Source of the DNA: Chthoniobacterales bacterium
Lineage (GTDB): Bacteria > Verrucomicrobiota > Verrucomicrobiia > Chthoniobacterales > DASVRZ01
Assembly: GCA_036524675.1 (NCBI GenBank)
Contig: DATDBU010000108.1
Coordinates: forward strand, 4,297 to 68,296
DNA length: 64,000 nucleotides
Direction: 5' to 3'
The notes under the pieces: generated by a model
Database searches by the model: none
The model's input: only the letters and a program-made list of their open reading frames with translations
Told to the model about the DNA's origin: nothing
Made by a program: the position numbers and the translations under genes
Shown here: positions 45,807-56,154 of the stretch, one piece after another
Numbering within the stretch: the stretch's first letter is position 1
Layout: each line of letters starts with the position of its first letter

Positions 45807-47001
45807 TCGCGTGCGGATCACATTGAAGTTTTTCGTCGTCTTATTGTTAGCGGTCGTAACCGCGCGAGCCGACCGTCTGCTGTCAGACCAGGCGACGGCT
45901 TCCATGTGGACAGTGGGACCTGGACCGGATTTGTATGCGGCGTTTGGTCACAGCGCATTGAGGATTCGCGACCCGGAACTGGGCGTGGACCGGCTGTACA
46001 ACTTCGGCACGTTCAATTTCGAAACGCCGGATTTTTATGTCAAATTTGTCCGTGGCTATTTGAACTACTTTCTAACAGCAGCAATAGCTCCCGAGGTGTT
46101 GGAGGATTATCGTCAGGTAACGCATCAACTGGTTGTTGAACAGGAGTTGAACCTGACGCCGGAAGAACTCGACCGGCTGGTGATGGACCTGGAGAACAAT
46201 TTGAAGCCGGAGAACGCGGCTTACCGCTATGATTTTGTTTTGGACAACTGCTCCACCCGGATCCGCGATGTCGTGGCAAGGGCGGCTGATATTCAATGGC
46301 CCGCTGCGACGGCTGACACGACCCTGCGGGAACATTTGCGTCCCTACATGGTGGATCGCCCGCTAACCTGGCAGGGAATGCAGCTCGTTTTCGGAACACG
46401 AATGGATCACACGGCCGGGAGTGCGGCGGAGACAATGTTTTTACCCTCTGAAATGAAGAACGGATTCGATGGCGCGACGATCGGCCCTGAAAAACGTCCG
46501 TTGGTTCGGAGGACGTCGGTTCTAAACGAAGGTCCGCGATTGCCGGATCGGGCTCCTCCCTGGCCGCTACGCTTTGCGGTGGCCCTTGCAATCGTGGGGC
46601 TTGTCGCGCATTCGCTCAAATGGCGGTGGGTAAGGTTTGCGGACGCGACATTGTTTGTGATGGCTGGTTTGATTGGGGTGTTCTTACTTTTTTGCTGGTT
46701 CGGAACACGGCACTGGGTTCTGAAGGATAATTGGAACCTGGCTTGGGCGTGGCCGTCACATCTTTTCGTGTGGTTTCTGCCTATGTTCTTGAGACGCATT
46801 TACTGGCGGGTTACAGCGATGGCATTGGCGTTGTTTCTCGTGGGGATGTGGTTCCTTCCTCAGGAGTTCCCGTCGGTCATCGTGCCTGTGTTGGTTTTCT
46901 CGATGGTTCGCGCGTGGGCTCGAGGAAAAAAAGATAGCGAGGATCGCCAACCCCCGGCTTCAGGTGGATCTCCGGTTGCGTCGGGGGTTTCCGGGCGATG
47001 A
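45793..47001 (+). CDS. DUF4105 (Lnb N-terminal periplasmic domain) membrane protein
   Basis: 'LYAAFGHSALRI', 'LYNFGTFNF', 'YRYDFVLDNCSTRIRD', plus C-terminal TM helices. Start at 'MARNSRVRITLKFFVV' overlaps the cupin gene by 14 nt. Confidence 0.75.
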   Translation: MARNSRVRITLKFFVVLLLAVVTARADRLLSDQATASMWTVGPGPDLYAAFGHSALRIRDPELGVDRLYNFGTFNFETPDFYVKFVRGYLNYFLTAAIAPEVLEDYRQVTHQLVVEQELNLTPEELDRLVMDLENNLKPENAAYRYDFVLDNCSTRIRDVVARAADIQWPAATADTTLREHLRPYMVDRPLTWQGMQLVFGTRMDHTAGSAAETMFLPSEMKNGFDGATIGPEKRPLVRRTSVLNEGPRLPDRAPPWPLRFAVALAIVGLVAHSLKWRWVRFADATLFVMAGLIGVFLLFCWFGTRHWVLKDNWNLAWAWPSHLFVWFLPMFLRRIYWRVTAMALALFLVGMWFLPQEFPSVIVPVLVFSMVRAWARGKKDSEDRQPPASGGSPVASGVSGR

Positions 47002-48491
47002 AATTTTTGGCGCGTTCCTGGCCGGTTTTGGCTGCTGCACTGAGCGGCGTTTTAATGCTGCTCTCTTTTCCGCCGTTCGAGCAGGACTGGCTGTCATGGC
47101 TCGCGCTCACGCCGTTGTTGGCAGCGATCTGGTTCCGAACAAATTCCCATCTCAAGCGCCTGACGCTGGGTTATTTGAGTGGCATACTATTTTTCGGAGC
47201 AACCTTTTATTGGATAGGCAAAGTGTCGATTCTGGGTTGGCTGGTGTTAACGTTGTATCTTGCCGTATACCCGGCGATCTGGGCGTGGTTTGCAGGCCTG
47301 ACGGCATGCCGGCTGAGATTTGATGGTCCGCCGCTTGAGCCAGGCGACCGGCTGGCGCCATGGCGGCGGTCGGCGACGAGCGTGATGGTCGCGATGGTGC
47401 TCGCGGGGGGATGGGTGATTTTGGAATGGATCCGAGGGTGGCTGTTTTCCGGGTTTGGTTGGAACAATCTCGGCGTATCGCTGCACGGGAACATTCCATT
47501 CGTTCAGCTGGCGGGGATTGCGGGCGTACCGTTGCTGTCATTTCTCGTCGTTTTTGGAAATGTGATCGCGGTGACGACAGTGTCGCGTTTGATTGCCGAA
47601 GCGAGGCGGCTAACATGGGCGTCGCGCTCGGACTTTACCGTAGCGCTTGCGATCGTGCTGGTGGCGTTTGGCCAGGGAGTGCGGATGTCCCTGGAGACAG
47701 CCGATACGCGGAAAATGAAAATAGCCCTCGTGCAGGCCGCTACCCGCGATAACGCCAAATCATTCGATGAATACCTGCAACTGAGTGTCCTGGCATCCGT
47801 GCAGAAACCGGACCTCATCGTCTGGCCCGAAGGCGCCCCTGGAAAACCATTGCTGGACAATGTGGCCACGTTCGGAGCCGCTGCCAAGGCCGCGATTCCT
47901 GAAAACGGAAACATCTGGCTGCTGACCGGCTCGGATGAACATGCTCCCGATGGTTCCTATAACAGCGCCTTTGCCATTGCTCCCGGAGGATCAGGCCTGC
48001 AGACCTACCGCAAGCGTTACTTGATTCCGTTCTACGAAACCGGCAGCGAAGGATACAGCGCCGGGAAATCGTCGAAACCATTGTGGATCATGAACGCAAA
48101 TGCGAATCTGGGCGTTCTCATCTGTATCGAGGACACCATTGCGGCGCTCGCCCGTGCGAATGCTCGTGATCGTGCAAATGTGCTCGTGAATTTAACCAAT
48201 GACGGAATGTTCGACGACCGCGTCGCGGAGCGTCAACATTTCCTAAATGCGCTATTCCGAGCGCCGGAGACAGGCCTGCCATTGATCCGTTGTGCCAATA
48301 CGGGTGTAACGGCGATCGTCGACCGTCAGGGGAGGGTAACGCAGCTGTTGGAAGCAGGATCCCCGGGCATTCTGGTTGGCGAAGTAAATTTTCCCGTGAG
48401 CGGCGCACGAACTTTTTACACACAATGGGGAGATTGGTTCGTGGCAGCGTGCGCGGGAATCGTAGCTCTCCGGCTCTTGTTTGCACGTTGA
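46998..48491 (+). CDS. lnt: Apolipoprotein N-acyltransferase
   Basis: N-terminal polytopic membrane region plus a C-terminal nitrilase-like CN-hydrolase domain ('VWPE', 'LICIED'). ATGA overlap with the upstream gene. Confidence 0.85.
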   Translation: MKFLARSWPVLAAALSGVLMLLSFPPFEQDWLSWLALTPLLAAIWFRTNSHLKRLTLGYLSGILFFGATFYWIGKVSILGWLVLTLYLAVYPAIWAWFAGLTACRLRFDGPPLEPGDRLAPWRRSATSVMVAMVLAGGWVILEWIRGWLFSGFGWNNLGVSLHGNIPFVQLAGIAGVPLLSFLVVFGNVIAVTTVSRLIAEARRLTWASRSDFTVALAIVLVAFGQGVRMSLETADTRKMKIALVQAATRDNAKSFDEYLQLSVLASVQKPDLIVWPEGAPGKPLLDNVATFGAAAKAAIPENGNIWLLTGSDEHAPDGSYNSAFAIAPGGSGLQTYRKRYLIPFYETGSEGYSAGKSSKPLWIMNANANLGVLICIEDTIAALARANARDRANVLVNLTNDGMFDDRVAERQHFLNALFRAPETGLPLIRCANTGVTAIVDRQGRVTQLLEAGSPGILVGEVNFPVSGARTFYTQWGDWFVAACAGIVALRLLFAR

Positions 48492-48590
48492 CCTCGTCCG
48501 GCAAAGTGCCAGGCCATAGTACCGATTTTGCAGACGGTCGTCCGAAAAATCGGGCGAGATTGCGCGCCGATGTGACCGGTCGACGATGGG

Positions 48591-50081
48591 TTAACGGACT
48601 ATTAATTTTTGGCCTGCGGTGAAGATGCAACCGTCCGCGTCGGTAGCTCGGATGGTTAGTGTGTGGTCGCCGGCAGGGAGATCGACGGGAAAATAGCCGC
48701 GCCAGAGATGATTGCAGATCACGGGGTCTGGGAAACGTCGCCACGAGACGGGCGCGGGCGTTGCGTTTTGAGCGAGGAATTTTGCGGCGTAGGCTGGGTC
48801 CCAGCTTCCTTCAATGCGGCGAAGTGGACGCCAGGGACGATCGCCGAGGCGATATTCGACTTTCCAGTCATCGTGGCCATTATAAACATTGGCGTAGAAT
48901 GAAACCCAGGGTTCGCTCGCTTTGATGGCGAGTGGTGCATGGATGCCGATCTGATTGGTCGCGAAATCGAGGAGCGAAGGGTGGTAGTCGGCATGATAGG
49001 TGTCCGTGCCATGAAAGCTCACAATGGCATACCCGGGCGGCGTGCCGTCCCACATCGTCGCTGGAGGAACGCCGTTCTTGCCAGGTGGGCCGCTCCAGAA
49101 ACTACCGCAGGCGGCGGCAACGTTGTATTCGTGGAGCTTATCTGGGCTGTGAAACCAATGTTGCTGCGCATGGGTGTGGCCGGTGAGAAACAGGACATTT
49201 TTACGATTGGCCAGTAGTTGGAATAATTTTACCCTATCGACTGCACGGAACGTGTCCGTATTCGGGCCGCCAGTATTGAAAAATGGAATATGCGCCATGA
49301 CGACGACCCGAACGTCCGCCTGGGTATTGCGAAGCAGGTTTTCGATGAATGTTAGCTGATTGTCCGTGAGACCTCCGACATATTTGCCGTTGCCGAGCAG
49401 GCGGATATCATCAAGAGCGACGAAGAGAACTTTGGCGTATTGAAAAGCGTACGTCGCGGGACCGTATACGGATTCGAAAGCGGCCACCGCTTTTTCCGGA
49501 TTGGCGGTGAGATCGACGTCGTGGTTGCCGTTCAGGTAGTAGGCTGGGATGCGGATCTTCGCCGTGGCGACATTGACGTTGTCGAAGAGGTCGAGTTTGT
49601 CATTGACGACATCGCCGAGCGTGACGGCGAAAGCCGGTTTGTCCGTCACTTGAGACAACGGCGTGATGACTGACCTGTCATAGTAGCCGATTTCCTCTTC
49701 ATTATTCACTTGAGGGTCGGCCATCACCAACACTTTGAAGGAGTCGGATTCGACGGAGGATTTTAGTGGGAAGTCGAGCTTTTCGGAGGCGCGGCGATGG
49801 AACTGCGGGAGTTGGAGGTTGTTGATGGGAACACTCCAGCCGCGAGGTTTGATGACGAAAATGAAGCCATCTTCACGCGGAGGGGAGGGAAGGTTGAAGG
49901 CGCCCTGAGAATCGGTTAGGACGATATCGCGGCCATTGGATACCGCGACATTTGGGAGTCCAGGTTCGTTGGGATCCCGTGTTGAATTGGAATTCCTGTC
50001 ATCGAAAACGGATCCAGTGAGAGATCCGGCGAGGGTGGTGGCAGTGAGTGCAAAGAAAGATACCCAGCCCGCGGCACGCAT
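48591..50081 (-). CDS. Secreted calcineurin-like metallophosphoesterase
   Basis: Signal peptide, then 'VMADPQV', 'GDVVND', 'GNHD', 'VVMAHIP', 'LTGHTH' metallophosphatase motifs. Confidence 0.8.
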   Translation of the reverse strand: MRAAGWVSFFALTATTLAGSLTGSVFDDRNSNSTRDPNEPGLPNVAVSNGRDIVLTDSQGAFNLPSPPREDGFIFVIKPRGWSVPINNLQLPQFHRRASEKLDFPLKSSVESDSFKVLVMADPQVNNEEEIGYYDRSVITPLSQVTDKPAFAVTLGDVVNDKLDLFDNVNVATAKIRIPAYYLNGNHDVDLTANPEKAVAAFESVYGPATYAFQYAKVLFVALDDIRLLGNGKYVGGLTDNQLTFIENLLRNTQADVRVVVMAHIPFFNTGGPNTDTFRAVDRVKLFQLLANRKNVLFLTGHTHAQQHWFHSPDKLHEYNVAAACGSFWSGPPGKNGVPPATMWDGTPPGYAIVSFHGTDTYHADYHPSLLDFATNQIGIHAPLAIKASEPWVSFYANVYNGHDDWKVEYRLGDRPWRPLRRIEGSWDPAYAAKFLAQNATPAPVSWRRFPDPVICNHLWRGYFPVDLPAGDHTLTIRATDADGCIFTAGQKLIVR

Positions 50082-50089
50082 CGTGAAGC

Positions 50090-52810
50090 CTACTTCACGA
50101 CCGCTGCGCAGCGATCGCAGAGGTGCGGATGGGCGGGGCTGAGGCCGACGGTGGGACGATGGCGCCAGCAGCGTTCGCAGCGGGGGTAGTCCGTTTTTGC
50201 GACGAGTAGTTCGCCTTTCCAAGACATGAGTTCGCCTCCTTTTTCCACCGTAATTCCCGAATTAATCTGAAGGTCGCTCAAAATGAGGAATTCCTCGATT
50301 TCGGAGAGATCCAGGTCGGGTTTCTCCGAATCTGGAACGGAAACAATCACGCGGGCTTCCAGCGCGTTGCCGATGAGTTTCTCCTGCCTGCGCGCTTCGA
50401 TTCCCTGCGCGACGCCGGAGCGCAGCGACATGAGTTTTTCGGCCTCGGCTTCGACCTCGGGATTGACGGGGTAATCGTCCGGCGAGGGGAAGAGCTCGAG
50501 ATGGACGGATGTTTTCTTGCCGGAAGCGGCCCATGCTTCGTCAGCCGTGAACGCGAGAACCGGCGCGAGAAGACGTGTGAGCGCATCGAAGATGCGGTGC
50601 ATGACCGTTTGCGTCGAACGCCTGCGCGGTGAATCGGGGGCATCGCAATACATGCGGTCCTTGGTGATGTCCACGTAGAGACTGCTCAAGTCGACGGCGC
50701 AGAATTGGTTGATACTGTGATAGACTCTTAGGAATTCGTAGGAATCGTAGCCTTCGCGGCTGGCGCGAACGGCGGCGCCGAGACGGCTAAGGGCCCAGCG
50801 GTCGATGAATGTTAGTTCTGCATCGGGGACAGCGTCAGTTGCCGGATCAAAATCGTAAAGATTTGCCAGCAGGATGCGGAGCGTGTTCCGGATGCGCCGA
50901 TAGGTGTCGGCCAAGCGCGTAAACATTTCCTCGCCGAATGGAACTTCGTCGGGGTAGTTAGTGCTGCTAACCCAGAGGCGAACAATGTCGGCGCCGTATT
51001 TTTCCACGTAATGCTTCGCGTCCATCGGCTTTTGATAGTCGCTGGACTTGGAAATTTTCTTTCCGTCGGTATCGACCACGAAACCGTTGGTAGCGACGGC
51101 TTTGTACGGGGCGACACCTTCGATGGCGACGCTGGTTAGCAGGGACGATTGAAACCAGCCACGGTGCTGGTCGGTGCCTTCGATGTAAACGTCGGCTGGA
51201 AAATGCAGTTCCGGTCGTCTTTTCAAAACTGCCTGGTGACTCGTGCCGGAATCGATCCAGACATCAAGCGTGTCGTTGCGGCGGGTTGTGCCTTCGGGGA
51301 GTCCCACGAGGGCAGCCCATTCAGCATCTGTTTTTTCGAACCAAAGATTGGTGCCATTTTTCTCGATCAAATCGGCGACCTTGCGAGCGGTGGCTGCGTC
51401 GAGGATAGCCTGGCCACCTGCCGTGTAGAAAACCGGCAACGGCACGCCCCACGTGCGTTGGCGCGAAATGCACCAGTCGGGACGGGCCTCGACCGTTCCG
51501 GCGATGCGGTTGCGGCCCCATGCAGGGATCCATTGGACTGAATCGATGGCCTTAAGCGCGTCTTTGCGGATGTCGTCGAGGCGGATAAAAAATTGCTCCA
51601 CCGCCCGGAAAACGATCGGCGTTTTGGAGCGCCAACAATGCGGATAACTGTGGACGTATTTCTGCTCCGCTAAAAGAGACCCGCTTTCCTTGAGCAGCGC
51701 GACGATATCGGCGTTTGCGTCAAAGACGTATTTACCAGTGAGCGCGGGCACGCCGGCTTCGGCAGTTAGACGCCCGTTGTCGTCGACGGGTGAAAGGATC
51801 GGCAGTTTGTTTGCGATGCCGGAAATGTAGTCATCCGCGCCGTGCCCGGGCGCCGTGTGAACCTGGCCGGTGCCGGTGTCCATCGTTACGTAATCGCCGG
51901 TGATGACGAGCGATTTGCGGTCTAGAAAAGGATGCTGCGCCAGATTCCCGGCGAGTTCCTGGCCGGTTAAACTGGCGAATTCTTCCTGCATGGTAAGTCC
52001 CGTTTCCTGCTGGAATGCTCCCAGGAGCGGGCGTGCGATCACGAACGCGCGTTGGTCGAAACGCCCCACGACATATTCCTGCTTCGGATGAACGGCGATT
52101 GCGACGTTGGCAGGAAGCGTCCAGGGTGTCGTGGTCCAGATAACCATGTCGGCTTTTCCGGCGAGCGGACCGGTCACGAGGGGGAAGGTGACAAAAATGG
52201 CTGGATCGGTGCGTTCCGCGTACTCGACTTCGGCTTCGGCAAGTGCTGTCTGCGCGCCGGTGCTCCAATAGACGGGTTTTTTGGACTGATAAACGAGCCC
52301 CTTTTCCACAAAAACCGCGAAGGACCGGATAATATCCGCCTCGTATTCGGGATCGAGCGTGAGGTACGGATTCTCCCAGTCGCCAAGAACCCCGAGCCGT
52401 TTAAACTGATTGCGCTGGATATCGATGAATTTCCGCGCGTATGCCTCGGATTTTTTTCGGATTTCGGCCGGGGACAGCCCGCGCGATTCCTTCACGACTT
52501 TGAACTCAATGGGCAGCCCGTGGCAATCCCAGCCTGGCACGTATGGCGCGCGGAAGCCGGCCATGGTCTTCGATTTTACAATGAAATCCTTGAGGATCTT
52601 GTTCATCGCCGTGCCCATGTGGACGTCGCCGTTGGCGAAAGGCGGGCCATCGTGCAGTACGAATAGCGGAGCATCCTTGCGTGCGCTTTGAATCTGCTGG
52701 TAAAGACCGTTCTTTTCCCAGTCGGCGAGCATTGCGGGCTCGCGGGTGGTCAGACCGGCTTTCATGGCGAAATCGGTCTTTGGCAAATTGAGCGTGTCTT
52801 TGTAATTCAT
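50090..52810 (-). CDS. ileS: Isoleucyl-tRNA synthetase
   Basis: 'PPFANGDVHMGT' (HIGH), 'KISKS' (KMSKS) and C-terminal Zn motif 'CERCW...CDRC'. Start chosen at 'MNYKDTLNLPKT'. Confidence 0.95.
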   Translation of the reverse strand: MNYKDTLNLPKTDFAMKAGLTTREPAMLADWEKNGLYQQIQSARKDAPLFVLHDGPPFANGDVHMGTAMNKILKDFIVKSKTMAGFRAPYVPGWDCHGLPIEFKVVKESRGLSPAEIRKKSEAYARKFIDIQRNQFKRLGVLGDWENPYLTLDPEYEADIIRSFAVFVEKGLVYQSKKPVYWSTGAQTALAEAEVEYAERTDPAIFVTFPLVTGPLAGKADMVIWTTTPWTLPANVAIAVHPKQEYVVGRFDQRAFVIARPLLGAFQQETGLTMQEEFASLTGQELAGNLAQHPFLDRKSLVITGDYVTMDTGTGQVHTAPGHGADDYISGIANKLPILSPVDDNGRLTAEAGVPALTGKYVFDANADIVALLKESGSLLAEQKYVHSYPHCWRSKTPIVFRAVEQFFIRLDDIRKDALKAIDSVQWIPAWGRNRIAGTVEARPDWCISRQRTWGVPLPVFYTAGGQAILDAATARKVADLIEKNGTNLWFEKTDAEWAALVGLPEGTTRRNDTLDVWIDSGTSHQAVLKRRPELHFPADVYIEGTDQHRGWFQSSLLTSVAIEGVAPYKAVATNGFVVDTDGKKISKSSDYQKPMDAKHYVEKYGADIVRLWVSSTNYPDEVPFGEEMFTRLADTYRRIRNTLRILLANLYDFDPATDAVPDAELTFIDRWALSRLGAAVRASREGYDSYEFLRVYHSINQFCAVDLSSLYVDITKDRMYCDAPDSPRRRSTQTVMHRIFDALTRLLAPVLAFTADEAWAASGKKTSVHLELFPSPDDYPVNPEVEAEAEKLMSLRSGVAQGIEARRQEKLIGNALEARVIVSVPDSEKPDLDLSEIEEFLILSDLQINSGITVEKGGELMSWKGELLVAKTDYPRCERCWRHRPTVGLSPAHPHLCDRCAAVVK

Positions 52811-52883
52811 CGTCATCAAAGGGACGGCGAAAATAGAGCGTGAATCGGGCACAGGCAAGGCCCGCGAGTTGGGACGCCGGCAT

Positions 52884-53345
52884 TCACTGGACGACGCAGA
52901 TTCGAGCGACCGGTGCGGCTATTGAATCGCCTGCTTTTTTGCCAATCAATTGACCGCCCAATGGCGAAGCCGGTGTGATGACGGTCATGGTTTTTCCGTC
53001 GAGCTCGATTTCTATGCCACCGGCTGCCGGGCCAAGGAAAAACCAGTCGCGCACACCGGAAAACTCGAGTTCGACAAGCGCACCGAGGTCGACGGGATCG
53101 TCGGAACCGAAGTCGCGAAGCGGAAATTTTTCGAAAGCTGCGGCGGCCTGCATCGCGGCAAGGGCCTGTTTGGCAAGACCATCGGCGAGATAATTCTCCT
53201 CCGTGGAACGTGTGTCGTATTTGCCTTCGGCCTTGGTCTCGGGGTCGTTCCCGGTGGCGCGTGCCTGTTTCGAAGTCGTGCGCCGCGTGTCGAACTCTGC
53301 GCGGAGTTTTTCAAGAATGGCGGCAACGATTCGGGGTTTGTTCAT
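52884..53345 (-). CDS. GreA/GreB-family transcription elongation factor-like protein
   Basis: C-terminal 'VITPASPLGGQLIGKKAGDSI' resembles the GreA C-terminal domain. Start at 'MNKPRIV'. Confidence 0.6.
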   Translation of the reverse strand: MNKPRIVAAILEKLRAEFDTRRTTSKQARATGNDPETKAEGKYDTRSTEENYLADGLAKQALAAMQAAAAFEKFPLRDFGSDDPVDLGALVELEFSGVRDWFFLGPAAGGIEIELDGKTMTVITPASPLGGQLIGKKAGDSIAAPVARICVVQ

Positions 53346-53477
53346 CAAGGGACATTCGCAGAAATATGATGTTTGGTGAACACCGAGCCTTCTTTTACCC
53401 ACAAGTCTTATTGTGGACAGTGGCGCCAAAATCTCCGTCCGTGCGTTGAGGTCATTTCTGGGGCATACTGGGCGCTT

Positions 53478-54779
53478 ATGCCTTTTCGTTCGCTCGGCCT
53501 TGCGCCAAGAGTCCTTCAAGCCGTGCAGGAAGCCGGTTACACCGAACCCACGCCCATTCAGGCCGCGGCTATTCCCGCCATTTTAACCGGACGCGATCTC
53601 ATCGGCATCGCCCAGACCGGCACGGGAAAGACCGCCGCGTTCACGTTGCCCGTGCTCACGAAGCTGGCCTCGCAAATCACCGATTGGACCACTCAACGCA
53701 CCCTCGCGCTCATTCTGGCGCCCACACGCGAACTCGCCGTGCAGATCGAGGAAAACGTGAAGGCTTACGCGCATCATTTGCCCCTTCGCGTCGCCACCGT
53801 CTTCGGCGGAGTGGGCGAACGTCCACAAATCCAGGCACTGAAATCCGGAGCTCACGTTGTCATCGCGTGCCCCGGGCGTTTGCTCGACCTCATGCAACAA
53901 CGGCATGGCGATTTTTCCAAGTTGGAACATCTCGTCCTCGACGAAGCCGACCGGATGTTGGACATGGGATTCATCCCTTCCATTCGGGACATCGTTCGGC
54001 GGCTTCCGAAAAAACGTCAGACCCTGCTTTTCTCCGCCACGCTTTCGAAGGAAATCGAATCGCTCACCCACGAGTTCCAGCACGATCCGCAGATTGTCCA
54101 AATCGGGCGCCGCTCCAACCCAGCGGAAACCGTAAGCCAATTCGTCTATGAAGTGCCGCAAAGCCTTAAGTTGTCCCTCCTCGGGCATCTTCTTGGCGAT
54201 CCTGGCATGGACAGCGTGCTCGTTTTTACCCGTACCAAACACGGGGCAGACCGCGTCGCGCGGCGGCTCGAAGGGCAGGGGATCCGGACCGGGACCCTGC
54301 ATTCGAATCGTTCGCAGGCCCAGCGGCTCCGCGCGTTGAACGACTTCAAGGCAGGCACAGTCCGCGTGCTTGTGGCCACGGATATAGCTGCCCGCGGTAT
54401 CGACGTGGACGGTATTTCGCACGTGATCAATTACGATTTCCCCATGCATGCCGAGGATTACGTCCATCGCATCGGGCGGACCGGGCGCGCGCGGGCCGTC
54501 GGCGAGGCGATTAGCTTCGTGGCACAGGACGATCACGCTCCGCTGAAAACGCTGGAACGCTTTATCGGCCGCGGCATCGTTCGCAAACGAGCTAACAATT
54601 TCGACTACAACGCCCCCGCTTCCACGGTGCCTGTGGACAAACGGCCGACGCGCCCGAACAGCGGCCCGCGCCGCCCCGGCCCAGCCACGAACAACAACGG
54701 CAAAAGTGTTCGCGACGGTGGCAAGAAGCCCGTTGCCGGCAAAGTTGCCCATGCTTTCCGCCGTCGTCGCGTGAGGTAA
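53478..54779 (+). CDS. DEAD-box ATP-dependent RNA helicase
   Basis: Q-motif 'YTEPTPIQ', 'AQTGTGKT', 'PTRELA', 'DEAD', 'SAT', 'HRIGRTGRA', and a basic C-terminal tail. Confidence 0.9.
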   Translation: MPFRSLGLAPRVLQAVQEAGYTEPTPIQAAAIPAILTGRDLIGIAQTGTGKTAAFTLPVLTKLASQITDWTTQRTLALILAPTRELAVQIEENVKAYAHHLPLRVATVFGGVGERPQIQALKSGAHVVIACPGRLLDLMQQRHGDFSKLEHLVLDEADRMLDMGFIPSIRDIVRRLPKKRQTLLFSATLSKEIESLTHEFQHDPQIVQIGRRSNPAETVSQFVYEVPQSLKLSLLGHLLGDPGMDSVLVFTRTKHGADRVARRLEGQGIRTGTLHSNRSQAQRLRALNDFKAGTVRVLVATDIAARGIDVDGISHVINYDFPMHAEDYVHRIGRTGRARAVGEAISFVAQDDHAPLKTLERFIGRGIVRKRANNFDYNAPASTVPVDKRPTRPNSGPRRPGPATNNNGKSVRDGGKKPVAGKVAHAFRRRRVR

Positions 54780-55125
54780 AAACGAGGTCTTTGCAACAAC
54801 GCGATCTTTGCGGGCCACCGCAGCGGGGATGCTGGCTCTATTAAAGGACGGCCCCGGGTTGATATTGATGGGGCGACAGCCCTCTATTGTCGGCTCGGAG
54901 ACATTGCCCATCCCTGCGGGCTCAACGGAGCGAGGAGTCAATTCGATTTCCGGCCACGCGACGTAGCTTACGATTCCTACCGCGACAACACGAATGTCGG
55001 CGGGTTCGTGTACAAATTCTACGTCTTCGCTCTGCGGAACCGAGGTCCTCCATTCCTTTCAGAAAAATTTTTCGCTACAGACAAAAACAAAACGGCTGCG
55101 GCGTTGTTCAAAGTGAAAAAGCCGC

Positions 55126-55638
55126 ATGACCGAAAGCCATGAAAACTGGAAAATCTGTTTCGACCGATTGGCGCCATCACTCCTCCTTTTCGCCCGCCAA
55201 TGGGCCGGATCCCACGCCGACGCCGAAGACATCGTTCAGGACGCTTTCGTCCGATTCTGGAAACGCGAGGGCGCTTACACGGAAGAAAATCGCGGCCTCC
55301 TTTTCGCCGCTGTCCGCTCGACGGCCTTGGATTTTCTCCGCAGCACGGGCCGCCGTCGCCAGCGTGAGCAAATGGCGATTGCCAATGACTCCGACCTTGT
55401 CGAGCCCCGGTTCGAGCCGGATGGCGCACTGGCGAATGACGAACTCGCGAGGGCCGTTGAGCGACTGCCGTCTGACCTTCGCGAGGTGCTCGTCTTGAAA
55501 GTTTGGAACGGCCTCACTTTCAAAGAAATTGCCGCCATCCTGGAACTATCCCAAAACACCGCCGCCTCCCGTTACCGTTACGCCCTTGAATCTATTCGAC
55601 AGAAACTCGCAGCCCATGAAGCCCGATCCGATCACTAA
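55126..55638 (+). CDS. ECF-type RNA polymerase sigma-70 factor
   Basis: Region 2 'AEDIVQDAFVRFW' and region 4 'LREVLVLKVWNGLTFKEIAAILELSQNTAASRYRYAL'. Confidence 0.85.
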   Translation: MTESHENWKICFDRLAPSLLLFARQWAGSHADAEDIVQDAFVRFWKREGAYTEENRGLLFAAVRSTALDFLRSTGRRRQREQMAIANDSDLVEPRFEPDGALANDELARAVERLPSDLREVLVLKVWNGLTFKEIAAILELSQNTAASRYRYALESIRQKLAAHEARSDH

Positions 55639-56086
55639 GCTCGAAGCTGAATTAGCTGCATTGAGACCGGGCGTACCCAGTGAGGCTCTCAAAGATCGCA
55701 TCGACGCACAACTCCGCCAGGCCGCCTCTACTTCGCGAGTCGTTCGGAAAAAATCCGGAAGAGGGAGTCTAAATTGGTTCGCCTGGGGCTGGGGAATCGT
55801 CGCCGTGTTAAGTATCGCGTTGGTCGTTTCCCTCTGGCCTGAAACTGGCCGCCGGGCAATTTTCGGCGCCGCCGACTATGAAACGCCTTCCAGCCGGATT
55901 GTTCGTTATCAAATTCTTTCCGAACAGGACGACGGAGTTGTTCTGGACGATTACGGCCAGCCCGTGCGTCAGGTTCGCTATACAGCCGGCGAAACCGTTC
56001 GATGGCGCAGTCCCAGGACGGGGGCCAACATTCAGATGTCTTATCCGCGTGAAGAAACCATGCTGATTCCGGTCGCCGGCAATTGA
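55616..56086 (+). CDS. Putative anti-sigma factor (single-pass membrane protein)
   Basis: Overlaps the sigma gene by 23 nt. Has a central TM 'FAWGWGIVAVLSIALVVSLW'. Assignment is by position only. Confidence 0.4.
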   Translation: MKPDPITKLEAELAALRPGVPSEALKDRIDAQLRQAASTSRVVRKKSGRGSLNWFAWGWGIVAVLSIALVVSLWPETGRRAIFGAADYETPSSRIVRYQILSEQDDGVVLDDYGQPVRQVRYTAGETVRWRSPRTGANIQMSYPREETMLIPVAGN

Positions 56087-56154
56087 ACATTTTCACTGCG
56101 CTGAAATTTTTCGGTCCGTCCAAAAGAACATCAAACCCGCTAACCGATAGTACC

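Noticed and set aside
53583-54941. 452-aa ORF on the minus strand
   Set aside because: It is antisense to the DEAD-box helicase gene, with an Arg/Gly/Ala-rich junk translation.
55036-55062. 'GGAAC' about 90 bp upstream of the ECF sigma gene, as a possible autoregulated ECF -35 element
   Set aside because: No convincing -10 ('CGTC'-like) element lies at 16-17 nt spacing, so I cannot support it from sequence alone.
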